64,000 bases of DNA, taken from the NCBI GenBank assembly GCA_036012755.1, contig DASCPX010000070.1:224001-288000 (forward strand), given 5' to 3'. A program made the position numbers and the translations under genes. This document shows positions 10,202-20,369 of this stretch, one piece after another (position 1 is the first letter of the stretch; each line of letters opens with the position of its first letter). Source of the stretch: Myxococcota bacterium (GTDB taxonomy: Bacteria; Myxococcota_A; UBA796; CAJQPC01). The notes under the pieces were generated by a model that worked only from the letters and a program-made list of their open reading frames with translations, was not told where the DNA came from and made no database searches.

Positions 10202-10723
10202 CTACATCAGCACGAAGCGGAGCCGCGTGAGGCCGATCTGGACCTCCTCGCCGCCGAAGAGCCTCGCGCTCTCCACGAGGCGGCCGTTCACCAGGGTCCC
10301 GTTGGTGGAGCCGAGGTCCTCTACGTAGAAGCTGTCACCGTTGCGGGTGATCTGTGCGTGGTTGCGGCTGACCTCGCCATCCACGGAGATCTGGAGGTCG
10401 TTCTTCCGCCCTCGCCCGATCGAGAAGTGGAGCTGGGCCGGGCCGATGGCGTGGGCCTGCTCGGAGATCTCGTCCATGAGGTGCGCCACCGCCGTGCCCG
10501 GCATGGGATCGATGGCCTCGCCGCAGCTCGCGCCCTCTGGTCGCTCGCCGTCGAAGCCTCCAAAGACGCCGGTCGGCTCCTCGTCGTCCCAGGTGCGGAG
10601 CCAGTCGTCGTCGCCCACCTCTGGGCCGTCGTCGATCGTGATCGCCTCTTCGGCGGCTCGGTCGGCGGAGAGCTTGGCCGCGAGCTTCGCCCACTCCGCC
10701 GGGTCGTCGTGTAGTTCACCCAT
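10202..10723 (-). CDS. FHA domain protein
   Basis: IGRG..NDL.I..D..VSRNHA...VEDLGSTNGTLVNG; acidic N-terminus. Confidence 0.92.
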   Translation of the reverse strand: MGELHDDPAEWAKLAAKLSADRAAEEAITIDDGPEVGDDDWLRTWDDEEPTGVFGGFDGERPEGASCGEAIDPMPGTAVAHLMDEISEQAHAIGPAQLHFSIGRGRKNDLQISVDGEVSRNHAQITRNGDSFYVEDLGSTNGTLVNGRLVESARLFGGEEVQIGLTRLRFVLM

Positions 10724-11654
10724 GGTCTGAATCTACCGCGATCAGCGAGGCGATCGCCGTCAACGCGCTGTCGCTGGCCCGGGACAGACCGGCGATGTTG
10801 AGGAAGCCGTGGACGAGGCTGTCGAAGCGGACCAGCTCGACCTCGCCTCCTGCGGCGCGCATGGCCTCTGCGTAGGCGATGCCCTCGTCGCGCAGGGGGT
10901 CGAAGCCGGCGACGATGACGTGGGCCGGAGGGAGGCCCCCGAGCTGGCCATTGATGGCCGACATCCGCGGGTCCTTCATGTCCGCTCCCTGGGCGTAGGT
11001 GAAGGTGAACCAGCGCTTGAGCTGCTCGGTCAGCATCAGCCCCTCGGCGAACAGCGCCTTGCTGGGGTAGGGCCCGACGAAGTCCGTGCCGGGGTAGATG
11101 AGGAGCTGGCGCTCGATGCCCTCGACGCGCTGTGACAGTACGGCCGCGAGGTTCCCGCCGGCGCTGTCGCCCCCCACGGCGAGCGAGTCAAGGCCGAGGT
11201 CCTGGCACTGTCGCCACATGGCCTCGACGTCCTCGATGGCGGCGGGGAAGGGGTGCTCCGGGGCCAGCCTGTACTCCCCCGAGATCACGACACGCCCGCT
11301 GTCGCTGGCGAGGCGGCGACAGATGCTGTCGTGGGTGTCGATCGAGCCGATGACGAAGCCGCCCCCGTGGAAGTAGAGCAGCCCACGGCTCGCGGCCGGG
11401 CCGGGTCGGTAGATCCGCAGGCGACCCTGGTCCTCGACCGAGTGGAGCTCGACCCGTGCGGGGCCTCCCAGGCGAGAGCTGCGCCGGTAGCGCGCCCGGG
11501 AGAGCTCCGGATCGATGTCGTGGAGGCGCGGCATCCACTCCTGGGCGGCGCAGAGGACGTGCAGCTCCGGGTCCAGGCACAGGCCGTCGCGCTCCAGCGG
11601 GGTGACGACGCGGCTCAGGGCGCGGGTGAGACCGATGGTGATGGGGCGAAGCAC
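10716..11654 (-). CDS. HSL-family alpha/beta hydrolase (esterase/lipase)
   Basis: HGGGF, YRLAPEHPFPAA, GDSAGG, DPLRDEG, HGF. Start placed at GTG 11654 because the rest of the long ORF is a shadow of the opposite-strand gene. Confidence 0.93.
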   Translation of the reverse strand: MLRPITIGLTRALSRVVTPLERDGLCLDPELHVLCAAQEWMPRLHDIDPELSRARYRRSSRLGGPARVELHSVEDQGRLRIYRPGPAASRGLLYFHGGGFVIGSIDTHDSICRRLASDSGRVVISGEYRLAPEHPFPAAIEDVEAMWRQCQDLGLDSLAVGGDSAGGNLAAVLSQRVEGIERQLLIYPGTDFVGPYPSKALFAEGLMLTEQLKRWFTFTYAQGADMKDPRMSAINGQLGGLPPAHVIVAGFDPLRDEGIAYAEAMRAAGGEVELVRFDSLVHGFLNIAGLSRASDSALTAIASLIAVDSDHG

Positions 11655-11662
11655 GGCCGGCG

Positions 11663-11672
11663 AGTCTACGCT
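11663..11672. promoter_or_regulatory. Bidirectional promoter: overlapping -10 hexamers TACGCT (+) and TAGACT (-)
   Basis: AGTCTACGCT lies between divergent starts 24 nt apart; spacers of 6 nt (+) and 8 nt (-). Confidence 0.65.
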
Positions 11673-11678
11673 CTGGCA

Positions 11679-12761
11679 ATGTTCCTGATCGGCCTTGCCT
11701 GCACCGACCCGGCCCCCCTCCCACGTGAACCCAACGAGCTGCCCGACGACGATCTCGACGTCACCTGGCCTGAGCGCCCGGAGGTCGACGCCCTCGTCCT
11801 CGAGGAGATGGAGCGGGCCCACATCCCGGGCGTCGCCGCCTGCACGCTCTCGGACTTCCAGGTGGACTGGTGCCAGGGCTACGGGTGGGCCGAGCTCGAG
11901 ACGGAGACCCCTGCCACCGAGGCCACGCCTTTCTTGCTCGCCAGCGTCTCCAAGACCGTCATCGCCGTGACGGCGCTGGAGGCCAGTCGGGACGGCCAGC
12001 TCGCCCTCGACGCGCCATTGTCGGTGGGCTTCGCGGTCCAGCATCCGGTCGAGGTCGACCACGAGATCACGCCGCGCATGCTCGGGAGCCACGTCGCTGG
12101 CATCGTCGACAACTGGGACGTGCTCGAGGCCGACTACGTCCAAGGCGACTCGGAGGTGCCGCTGGGCCAGTGGTGCGAGAGCTATTTCGTCGAGGGCGGC
12201 GAGCGGTACTCGCGACGACGCAACTTCGGCGACGCCCCCGAGGAGAGCTACGAGTACTCCAACGCCGGGGCGACGCTGCTCGCCTACGGCGTCGAGTACG
12301 CGGTGGGGCAGGACTTCGCGGACTACAGCGAAGAGCGCGTCTTCGGCCCCCTCGCGATGGACGAGACCAGCTGGCACCTGGCCACCCTCGATGCCGAGCC
12401 CGCCATGCCCTACACCTACCGACAGGGCGAGTACGAGGCAGAGGGGCACTATGGCTTCCCCGACTACCCGGACGGTCAGCTCAGGAGCAGCGCTCGGGAC
12501 CTCGGCGTCTTCCTCGAGGCGTGGGGCCGGGACGAGGACCTCCGCGAGATCGCCTGGTCCGGACTCGACGAGGACCAGGGCTTCGTCTGGTACCGCTGGG
12601 AGTTCGCCGGCGAGGAGATCTGGGGCCACAACGGCGGCGAGGTCGGGGTCGCCACGGAGATCGCGCTCTTCGACGACGGGCGAGGCTTCGTGGTCCTGCA
12701 GAACGGTGAGGGGCGCTGGGACTCGCTCTACAAGATCGAGGAGGCGGTCCTGGGGCTGTAG
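11679..12761 (+). CDS. Serine hydrolase, beta-lactamase-related (class C-like) lipoprotein
   Basis: MFLIGLAC; LASVSK (SxxK), YEYSN, GHNGG. Confidence 0.9.
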   Translation: MFLIGLACTDPAPLPREPNELPDDDLDVTWPERPEVDALVLEEMERAHIPGVAACTLSDFQVDWCQGYGWAELETETPATEATPFLLASVSKTVIAVTALEASRDGQLALDAPLSVGFAVQHPVEVDHEITPRMLGSHVAGIVDNWDVLEADYVQGDSEVPLGQWCESYFVEGGERYSRRRNFGDAPEESYEYSNAGATLLAYGVEYAVGQDFADYSEERVFGPLAMDETSWHLATLDAEPAMPYTYRQGEYEAEGHYGFPDYPDGQLRSSARDLGVFLEAWGRDEDLREIAWSGLDEDQGFVWYRWEFAGEEIWGHNGGEVGVATEIALFDDGRGFVVLQNGEGRWDSLYKIEEAVLGL

Positions 12762-12787
12762 AACTGGGCTCCGGGTATCCTCCGTGG

Positions 12788-14737
12788 GTGTCCCTGCTGT
12801 GTCTGTTGGCCTGCGCGCCGGAGCTCCTCGCGCCGCCGGTCCTCGACAACCCCGTCCACGACTTCGATCACGACGGCTTCGCCGAGCTCGACGGGGACTG
12901 CGACGACGCAGCGCCCCTGGTGAACCCCGGCGCGGAGGAGCTCTGCAACGGCCTCGACGACGACTGCGATGGTCTCTCGGACGAGCCCGACGCCAGCGAC
13001 GCCCGGACCTTCTGGCTGGACACCGACGGCGACGGCTTCGGCACCACCGCGGTGCCGGCCTGCTCCCAGCCCCCGACAGCGTCGATCCTGGCCGGGGACT
13101 GCGATGACGCGGACCCCGCCATCAACCCCGGGGCGCTCGAGTTCTGCAACACCCTCGACGACGACTGCGACGGCGAGATCGACGAGGAGGACGCCACCGA
13201 CTGCTCCGTCTACTACGAGGACCTCGACGGGGATGGCTACGGCACACAGATCGAGGCCTGCCTTTGCGAAGCCACCGGGGACTTCAGCGCCACGTCCTCG
13301 GGCGACTGCGACGACAGCACGGACAGCGCCAGTCCCGACGCCGCCGAGGTCTGTGGAAACGGCCAGGACGACGACTGTGACGGGCTGTCGGTCAACAGCT
13401 GCTTCACCGACACGGTCTCCGCAGCGGATGCGGATCTGCGTCTCCGCGCAGAGGAGGGCGGGGACCGTCTGGGGCACGCCGCGGCGCTGGCGGACCTCGA
13501 CGGCGATGGGGATCTCGAGGTCATCCTGGGGGCCGTGAACCACGAGGGCGCCGAGCCCCAGTCCGGTCGGGCCTACGTGCTCGAGGGCCCCATCCACGAC
13601 AAGGCCTCCGGGGGGGTCGTCGATGTCGAGGCCGCCGAGTGGATCTGGGACGGCGCCGGCCTGAATCACCGCGTCGGCTCCTCGTTCGCGGTGTTGGACA
13701 GCGACGACGACGGCGTGTCCGAGCTGGTCGTTGGCGCGCTGGGCGCTGACGACAGCGGTGAGCTGGCCGGGGCCGCCTATGTCGTCTCGTGGCCACCCTC
13801 GGGCTCGGGAGCCATGGAGGACATCGCCGATGTCACCCTCCTCGGGCGAGGCGCCGAGGACAAGCTCGGAGGCTGGGTCTGTGGTCTCGGAGATGTCGAC
13901 GGGGACGGCCTGGACGACCTCCTCGTCGGAGCCGCACGGGCGACCTACGACTTCGACAAGGAAGGCGCCGCGTACCTGGTCCTCGGTCCGCTCGATCAGG
14001 GCGGGGTCGCGGACGAGCTGTCCGCCCTCGTGCTCACCGGAGAGTCCGACAGCTCGGCACTCGGTTCCGCCATGATGCCTGCCGGGGACCTCGACGCCGA
14101 CGGCCTCGACGACATCGTGCTGGGGGCGTACCAGTTCGCCGACACCGACAACGGCGCGGCCTATGTCATCTCGGGCACGGTTCGCGGGACCCATCGCGTC
14201 GGCGACGTCGCCCTCGTTCGCCTGCTCGGTGACGCCGCCGGCCAGCGCATGGGCGTGGGGATCACCGGCGACGTGGACGTGGACGGAGACGGCCAGGTCG
14301 ACCTCGTCGTCGCTGCGTCCCGAAACGACGAGGCGGGAGAAGAGGCAGGCATCGTCTATGTCTTCCACGGTCCGATCACGGCCCAGCTCGACCTCGAGGA
14401 GGCGGACTCGGTGCTCTGGGGTGACCGCAAGAACCAGCGCGCCGGGGGCCTGCTGCTCAGCGCGGGCGACTTCGACGGCGCGGGGCCCGACGAGCTCCTG
14501 GTGCATGCCCAGAACGCCCTCTACCTCGTGCACACGCCGCTGTTGGAAGAGGACCTCGTCCGTGAGACCTCGACGATGATCGAGGGAGAGGACCCCGTGC
14601 ACTCCTTCGGCTCCAGCGTCGCCCTCGGCGACCTCACCTACGACGGCGTCCCGGATCTGCTCGTCGGCGCCGAGTCCCACCCCGAGCAGGGCATGGAGAG
14701 CGGCGCGGCATACATCTTCCACGGGAGCACGTGGTGA
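12788..14737 (+). CDS. Lipoprotein with MopE-type repeats and FG-GAP (integrin-alpha-like) propeller repeats
   Basis: TATCCT-N6-GTG; MSLLCLLAC; 3 DCDD..E.C...DDDCDG repeats; GD.DGDG.DDLLVGA....G.AY repeats. Confidence 0.87.
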   Translation: MSLLCLLACAPELLAPPVLDNPVHDFDHDGFAELDGDCDDAAPLVNPGAEELCNGLDDDCDGLSDEPDASDARTFWLDTDGDGFGTTAVPACSQPPTASILAGDCDDADPAINPGALEFCNTLDDDCDGEIDEEDATDCSVYYEDLDGDGYGTQIEACLCEATGDFSATSSGDCDDSTDSASPDAAEVCGNGQDDDCDGLSVNSCFTDTVSAADADLRLRAEEGGDRLGHAAALADLDGDGDLEVILGAVNHEGAEPQSGRAYVLEGPIHDKASGGVVDVEAAEWIWDGAGLNHRVGSSFAVLDSDDDGVSELVVGALGADDSGELAGAAYVVSWPPSGSGAMEDIADVTLLGRGAEDKLGGWVCGLGDVDGDGLDDLLVGAARATYDFDKEGAAYLVLGPLDQGGVADELSALVLTGESDSSALGSAMMPAGDLDADGLDDIVLGAYQFADTDNGAAYVISGTVRGTHRVGDVALVRLLGDAAGQRMGVGITGDVDVDGDGQVDLVVAASRNDEAGEEAGIVYVFHGPITAQLDLEEADSVLWGDRKNQRAGGLLLSAGDFDGAGPDELLVHAQNALYLVHTPLLEEDLVRETSTMIEGEDPVHSFGSSVALGDLTYDGVPDLLVGAESHPEQGMESGAAYIFHGSTW

Positions 14738-15927
14738 TCTGGATGTCGCTGTCCCTCGCCGCCCCCCTCGCCATCCACGGGGCGGGCGAGGCCGAGCGCG
14801 CTGCGGAGGTCCTCGGGGAGGCCGGGGCCGGAGACGTCGAGCTGCGCTCCTTTGCCGAGGTCGTGCCCCTAGGAGAGCCCCGGCTCGAGGGCCGAGGCGT
14901 GCTCCTGGTCTGTGAGGGCGAGACCACCCACCGCTACCAGGTGGAGACGGCGCTCTCCACGGCGGAGGCCCACCTCGCCTACGTGAAGTGGGAGGAGGCG
15001 CGCGCGGCGCTGGAGGAGGCGGAGGCGGCCATGCTCTGCCTCGCGGAGCCGATCGACGCGGCGACCGCGGCTCGCGTCCACTACCTCTTCGGCGTCACCG
15101 CTGCCTTCCTCGGCGACGAGGTGGAGGCGCGCTCCTCCTTCGCCCGAGCCCACGTGCTCCAGCCGGGGCTGGTCTGGGATACGCAGTTCCCGCAAAGCGG
15201 GCAGGATCTCTTCGAGCAGGAGGGTCTCCTCGTTGCCGAGCGGCCCTTCGTCGACCTGCTGGTCGTGCCCGAGCCCCGCGCTGCGAAGCTGACGGTCGAC
15301 GGTCGACGGATCTATGCGGCCGGCCGGCGCGTGGAGCTGCGCGCGGGGACCCACATCGTGCAGGGGCCCGGCTGGACGGTCGAGGTCGATCTGTTCCCCG
15401 ACTCGGCCCCGGTGTTCGTCGTGCCAGAGGCCATCGAGGACATAGGCGGTGACTGGCTGATCGACGAGGACGCCTGCCGCTCCCTCGACCAGATCGTCGA
15501 CGCCCAGCCGCCCCTGTTCTTCGTCGCTGGGGACCAGGCCTGGATGAGGGACGGCGAGGGCTGGGAGGCCCTCTCGGACGGAGCCGCCGCGAGCTGCCTG
15601 GACCTCGACCCTCCGCCCACGATCGAGGGCTTTCGCCTGCCCCAGGAGGGTGCGCCTCGCGTGGTGGCGCTGGGTGGAGCCGGGGCGCTGGTCGGTGGTG
15701 GGGGCGTGGCGGTGGCCGGATACCTCGTGGCGGCGCGGGCTGCCCAGGGCGCTGACACCTGGGAGCACTACCAGGCCGCGAAGCCCACCCACGCTCGCGG
15801 CAGCGCCATGCTCTACGGTGGCGAGGCTGTGGCCATCGCCGGAGCCCTCGCCCTTGGTGGAGCCATCGTGGCCGACCGCACGGACCGGGTCCAGCTCGGG
15901 CCTGGGGGCCTGGTGGTGCCGTGGTGA
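14734..15927 (+). CDS. Secreted/membrane protein with TPR-like and PEGA-like segments
   Basis: GTGA overlap with the upstream stop; helical N-half; LTVDG....L.AG.H.VQ; C-terminal hydrophobic hairpin ending GLVVPW. Confidence 0.65.
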   Translation: MIWMSLSLAAPLAIHGAGEAERAAEVLGEAGAGDVELRSFAEVVPLGEPRLEGRGVLLVCEGETTHRYQVETALSTAEAHLAYVKWEEARAALEEAEAAMLCLAEPIDAATAARVHYLFGVTAAFLGDEVEARSSFARAHVLQPGLVWDTQFPQSGQDLFEQEGLLVAERPFVDLLVVPEPRAAKLTVDGRRIYAAGRRVELRAGTHIVQGPGWTVEVDLFPDSAPVFVVPEAIEDIGGDWLIDEDACRSLDQIVDAQPPLFFVAGDQAWMRDGEGWEALSDGAAASCLDLDPPPTIEGFRLPQEGAPRVVALGGAGALVGGGGVAVAGYLVAARAAQGADTWEHYQAAKPTHARGSAMLYGGEAVAIAGALALGGAIVADRTDRVQLGPGGLVVPW

Positions 15928-17702
15928 TCACCTGGCTGGCCTGTGCACCGCCGCTGCGGGCCCCAGAGGTCGTCGACAATCCCCACCAGGACTGGGATCG
16001 CGACGGCGTCACCGAAGCCGAGGGGGACTGCGACGACGACGATCGAGAGGCCCGTCCAGGGCGAGCGGAGACCTGCGACGGAAAGGACAACGACTGCGAC
16101 GGCGACGTCGACGAGGACGACGCCATCGACGCGGTGAGCTGGTACCAGGACCTCGACGGCGACGCCTACGGCTTCGGCGAGCGCGTCGCCTGCGCCCCTC
16201 CTGCCGGCTTCGTGAGCCTCGGCGGGGACTGCGACGATCAGGACGCCACCCGCAACCCTGGAGCCGAAGAGGTCTGCAACGAGCTCGACGACGACTGCGA
16301 CGGCACCGTCGACGGGGGGGCCGCCGACACCAGCACCTGGTACCGCGACGCGGACGAGGACGGCTTCGGGGGCGACGAGCTCTCCCTCGAGAGCTGCGAG
16401 GCCCCCGCTGGCTACATCGCGGAGGCTGGCGACTGCAACGACGACAGCGATCTGGCCTGGCCCGGCAACCCCGAGGTCTGCGGTGATGGCCTCGACAACG
16501 ACTGCAATGGCCTGTCCTCCGAGCCCTGCCTCGGCGAGGCTCTGGAGGGCGCTCAGCGCATCGACGGCGAGGCCGGAGGGGACCACGCGGGGAGGGGACT
16601 GTTCGGCCCCGGGGACCTCGACGGCGACGGGCTCGACGACCTGCTCGTCAGCGCCACCGAGCACGACGGGACCGCGGCGCTCAACGCCGGCATGGTCTAC
16701 CTGCTGCGCGGGCCGGTGAGCCCGGGGACGACCCTGGAGCAGGCGGACTGGACGCTGGAAGGGCTCGGAAAGAACGAGGAGACCGGGGCCGAGTTGGCCG
16801 CAGGCGAAGGCTGGCTCGCCATCGGGGCTCCTGGTGCGGATGTCGGGGATGGGACCATCGATCGGGCAGGGAAGGCCTGGCTGGTCCCTGCCGTGCCGGA
16901 GAGCGGGAGCGTGGAGGATGCGGCGATGCTCACCGTCGCGGGCCGGCACGAGAGCCAGCGGCTGGGCTCGGCCCTTGCCCTCCTCGACGACGACACCCTG
17001 GCCGTCGGAGCCGAGCGGACCTGGCTCGCCGAGCAGCAGCCGGGGGCCGTCTACCTCGTCGATCTCTCGCTCTCCGGCCTGATCGTGGCCTCTGAGGTGC
17101 CGCGGCTCGATGGCTACGGAGCCGGGTCCTACGCCGGCTCGGCGCTGGCCAGCGGGGACGTCGACGGCGACGGGCTGGACGAGCTCCTCGTCGGCGCCTG
17201 GGGCCGGAGCACCTATGGCTCCGCCTACCTGCTCAGCGGCCCATGGTCATCGGGACCCCTGACCGCGGGCTCCGAGCTCACGGGCTCCGAGGGCTCCGAC
17301 TTCGGCTGGTCCCTGCTCATCGAGGACCTCGACGGCGACGGGCTCGGCGAGGTGGTCGTCGGCGCCCCCGGGGACGACTCCGTGTTCGTCGATGGTCACG
17401 CCACCCTCATCGGTGGCGAGGGCTTCGGCACGGCGCTGGGGCACGCCGACCTCGACGGGGACGGCGTCGATGAGCTCCTGGTCGGTGGTGCTGACTCCGC
17501 CTGGGTCGTCCATGGGCCGGTCTCCGGCGTGCTCGAGCTCCCATGGGGCGACAGCGGCGAGCTCGGGGCGCGCGTGGAGGGCCTCGGTGACATCGACGGT
17601 GACGGGCACGAGGACCTCGCCATCGGCGCTCCTGCTTCTGGCGACGCGGAGGAGGGCGCAGTGCTGCTCTTGCGCGGAGCCGCCGAGGGACTGCCGTGGT
17701 AG
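15924..17702 (+). CDS. Lipoprotein with MopE-type and FG-GAP repeats (paralog of 12788-14737)
   Basis: GTGA overlap; MITWLACAPPL.AP.V.DNP..D.D.DG matches the paralog N-terminus; same repeat types. Confidence 0.87.
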   Translation: MITWLACAPPLRAPEVVDNPHQDWDRDGVTEAEGDCDDDDREARPGRAETCDGKDNDCDGDVDEDDAIDAVSWYQDLDGDAYGFGERVACAPPAGFVSLGGDCDDQDATRNPGAEEVCNELDDDCDGTVDGGAADTSTWYRDADEDGFGGDELSLESCEAPAGYIAEAGDCNDDSDLAWPGNPEVCGDGLDNDCNGLSSEPCLGEALEGAQRIDGEAGGDHAGRGLFGPGDLDGDGLDDLLVSATEHDGTAALNAGMVYLLRGPVSPGTTLEQADWTLEGLGKNEETGAELAAGEGWLAIGAPGADVGDGTIDRAGKAWLVPAVPESGSVEDAAMLTVAGRHESQRLGSALALLDDDTLAVGAERTWLAEQQPGAVYLVDLSLSGLIVASEVPRLDGYGAGSYAGSALASGDVDGDGLDELLVGAWGRSTYGSAYLLSGPWSSGPLTAGSELTGSEGSDFGWSLLIEDLDGDGLGEVVVGAPGDDSVFVDGHATLIGGEGFGTALGHADLDGDGVDELLVGGADSAWVVHGPVSGVLELPWGDSGELGARVEGLGDIDGDGHEDLAIGAPASGDAEEGAVLLLRGAAEGLPW

Positions 17703-17722
17703 CGCTGGGGTAGCCTGCGCCC

Positions 17723-19186
17723 GTGGAGCGCCTTCCCCGTCGGCTCGCGGACAGCCGCTACGTCCTGCTCGATGTCCTCGGCGAAGGAGGCATGGCGGTA
17801 GTGTACCGGGCCCGCGACGAGGGGCTGTCCGTCGAACGGGCCATCAAGGTGCTCGACCCCGGGTTGACCTCCGGCCCGCTGCGGAGGCGCTTCGTCCTCG
17901 AGGCCCAGACCATGGCCGGGCTCGATCACCCGAACCTCGTCACGGTCCACGACGTGCACGCCGACGACCCGGTCTTCCTCGTCATGGAGCTCATGGCTGG
18001 CAGCGTCCACCGCTGGCTCGGAAACCACGGGCCGATGCCGCCGCGCATGGCGGTCCAGGTCACCCGCGCGGTCCTTCAGGGCCTCGCCTATGCCCACGCC
18101 CGGGGCATCGTGCACAGGGACGTCAAGCCCCAGAACATCCTCGTCTCACCGGGGGGGACGGCGAAGCTCACCGACTTCGGCATCGCCCGGGTCGCCTCGG
18201 CTCGCACGAGGACCCGGACCGGTGCCGTGATGGGCACCTATGCCTACATGCCGCCAGAGCAGCGGGCCTCGGCCAAGCACGTGGACCACCGGGCGGACAT
18301 CTACGCCATCGGCGCCACGCTCTATGCGCTCGTCACGAACGACGAGCCTACGGATCTCTTCGCCAGCGAGTCCCACGCCCTCCGCTTCGAGGGTGTGCCC
18401 GAGCAGCTCCGCTCGGTCATCGTGGCTGCCTGTCGCTACGAGCCAGGGGACCGCTTCGCCGACGCAGAGGCCATGGACAAGGCGCTTGCGGTCGTCACGG
18501 CCGAGCTCCCCGACGTCCCCGAGGACACGCCACAGCTGTGGCGATGTGGGCCAGCCAGGCGGCACACGACCATCGACGACGAGGAGCACAGCTTCGACCA
18601 GCCGAGGGCCGCGGAGACCTGGCAGCCCCGGGCCGGGAGCGACACCCTGCCAGAGGCCCACACGACGGACGTGCCGATCACGGCTGCGCCGGAGTCCGCG
18701 CCGCGTGGTCCCCTGTTGGCAGGTCTGGCCTTGCTGATCGGAGTCAGCGGGGTGGCGGCGTGGAACTGGAGCCAGAGCCCCGAGCCGATCACGGTCGTCG
18801 TCGAAGAGCTCCCGGTCGAGACCACCGAGGTCGTACTCGACGAGCCCGAGCCCCCGGAGATCGCCGAGGTCGTCGAGATCGTAGAGATACCCCCAGCCGT
18901 CGCCGCCGTGGAGCCCGTAGTGATCGAGGAGGTCATCGAGCCGGTCTCCACCGACCCGGGGAGGCTGGTCGTGAACACGATCCCCAACGGCAAGGTGAAG
19001 GTCGACGATGGCGCTCGCCGTCCCGCTCCATGGCAGGGCGAGCTCTCCCCCGGAGACCACGTCGTGGTCATGGAGGCCTACGACGGCCGCCCACCCAAGA
19101 CGGTGACCCTCCCGGTCCCCCCCGGCGGCGAGCTGGTCTACTGCTGGGACTTCAACCGCGAGGACCGCTGCGCCGGGTCGCCTTGA
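17723..19186 (+). CDS. Membrane Ser/Thr protein kinase with a C-terminal PEGA-like domain
   Basis: LGEGGMAVVY, AIK, HRDVKPQN, DFG, YMPPEQ; one TM segment; TAGCCT-N6-GTG. Confidence 0.93.
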   Translation: MERLPRRLADSRYVLLDVLGEGGMAVVYRARDEGLSVERAIKVLDPGLTSGPLRRRFVLEAQTMAGLDHPNLVTVHDVHADDPVFLVMELMAGSVHRWLGNHGPMPPRMAVQVTRAVLQGLAYAHARGIVHRDVKPQNILVSPGGTAKLTDFGIARVASARTRTRTGAVMGTYAYMPPEQRASAKHVDHRADIYAIGATLYALVTNDEPTDLFASESHALRFEGVPEQLRSVIVAACRYEPGDRFADAEAMDKALAVVTAELPDVPEDTPQLWRCGPARRHTTIDDEEHSFDQPRAAETWQPRAGSDTLPEAHTTDVPITAAPESAPRGPLLAGLALLIGVSGVAAWNWSQSPEPITVVVEELPVETTEVVLDEPEPPEIAEVVEIVEIPPAVAAVEPVVIEEVIEPVSTDPGRLVVNTIPNGKVKVDDGARRPAPWQGELSPGDHVVVMEAYDGRPPKTVTLPVPPGGELVYCWDFNREDRCAGSP

Positions 19187-19202
19187 CGAGGTAGTAGTGC
19201 CC

Positions 19203-19814
19203 ATGCTCGAGCTCCTCGCCCGCATCGCGCTGCCTGCTACTGCGTTCACCATGGCCACCGCTGCCTTTGCCTGGCCGGCGCTCCGTCTCTACCGGCAGAC
19301 CGGTCTGTTCGTGCTCACCGCCGGGCGCAACCGCGAGGGTGTGGAGCTCTTCGTACACGTCCTCTTCGTCGTCGGGCTGGCCATCTACATGGGCTTCGCC
19401 GGCGCCTACGGGGCCCTCGGCGCTTCCTACCTGGGCGTCGAAGCGCCAGGGATCATCCCGCTCGTCGCTGGCATCGGAGCCTGCGTCTGCGGGCTCGTCG
19501 TCGTCGTCGTCGCCCAGCAGCAGATGGGACAGAGCTGGCGGGTGGGCATCGACACCGAGGAGACCGAGCTCGTGACCAGCGGGCTGTACTCGGTCATCCG
19601 CGCGCCGATCTACCTGGGCATCCTCGTCATGCTCGCAGGGGTCGTCCTCCTTGCACCCCTCCTGGTGCTCGTCGCCGGCTACCCGCTCGTGCTCGGCACG
19701 CTGATGTGGCAGGCCAGGCGCGAGGAGCAGCACATGCGCTCCCTCCACCCAGAGGCCTTCGACGCCTGGGCCGCGAAGACCGGGCGCTTCCTACCCGGGA
19801 TCGGGCGTCTCTGA
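19203..19814 (+). CDS. Isoprenylcysteine carboxylmethyltransferase/PEMT family membrane protein
   Basis: QMGQSWRVGID....LVTSGLYS.IR.PIYLG, REEQHM, TGRFLP. Confidence 0.88.
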   Translation: MLELLARIALPATAFTMATAAFAWPALRLYRQTGLFVLTAGRNREGVELFVHVLFVVGLAIYMGFAGAYGALGASYLGVEAPGIIPLVAGIGACVCGLVVVVVAQQQMGQSWRVGIDTEETELVTSGLYSVIRAPIYLGILVMLAGVVLLAPLLVLVAGYPLVLGTLMWQARREEQHMRSLHPEAFDAWAAKTGRFLPGIGRL

Positions 19815-20369
19815 CCGGGCTCGCTGCAGCCAGGCCTCGGCGCTCTCTCCACGGCGCATCCGCGCCCTCGTCGCTTTTGTCTCCGGGGCCTCGAGCCGGC
19901 CGATGACGACCTCTGCGTCGCTCGGCGAGGTGCCCGTCAACAGCGCCGCATAGAGGCCCTCGTCGATGTGGAAGAGGTGGTCCTGCTCTGGGCGGCTCGC
20001 CTCCCGCAGGGCCGCGGTGAAGCCCTGCACATCAGCGGTCGTCTCGAAGACCACCAGGGTGTTGATGCCCCTGAGATCAGAAGACAACAAGGCCATGAGC
20101 CCCTTGTCGTTGCCCAGGCCGGTCACATCGTCCCTGCGCTCGACGTCGGTCTGGGCACGGGCGAGCAGCACCGCTCCGAGCCGGGAGTGAACGCGCCTCG
20201 CGACGATCCACGACAAGCCGAAGGCGACCGCCGCTGCGATGAGGACGGCCCGCTGACCCGGGCCCGCTCCGAGATCGACACCGCCCAGGCCAGCCGCGAT
20301 CGCGATGCCCGCCAGCGCCGGCAGCACCAGCTGCAGTGCAAGGAACAGCGTCGCGCGGCTCTCAGCCAT
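19791..20369 (-). CDS. Two-TM protein with a degenerate GGDEF-like domain
   Basis: D.VTGLGN after two TM helices; HIDEGLYAALL in place of RYGGDEF..LL; truncated fold. Confidence 0.6.
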   Translation of the reverse strand: MAESRATLFLALQLVLPALAGIAIAAGLGGVDLGAGPGQRAVLIAAAVAFGLSWIVARRVHSRLGAVLLARAQTDVERRDDVTGLGNDKGLMALLSSDLRGINTLVVFETTADVQGFTAALREASRPEQDHLFHIDEGLYAALLTGTSPSDAEVVIGRLEAPETKATRARMRRGESAEAWLQRARSETPDPG

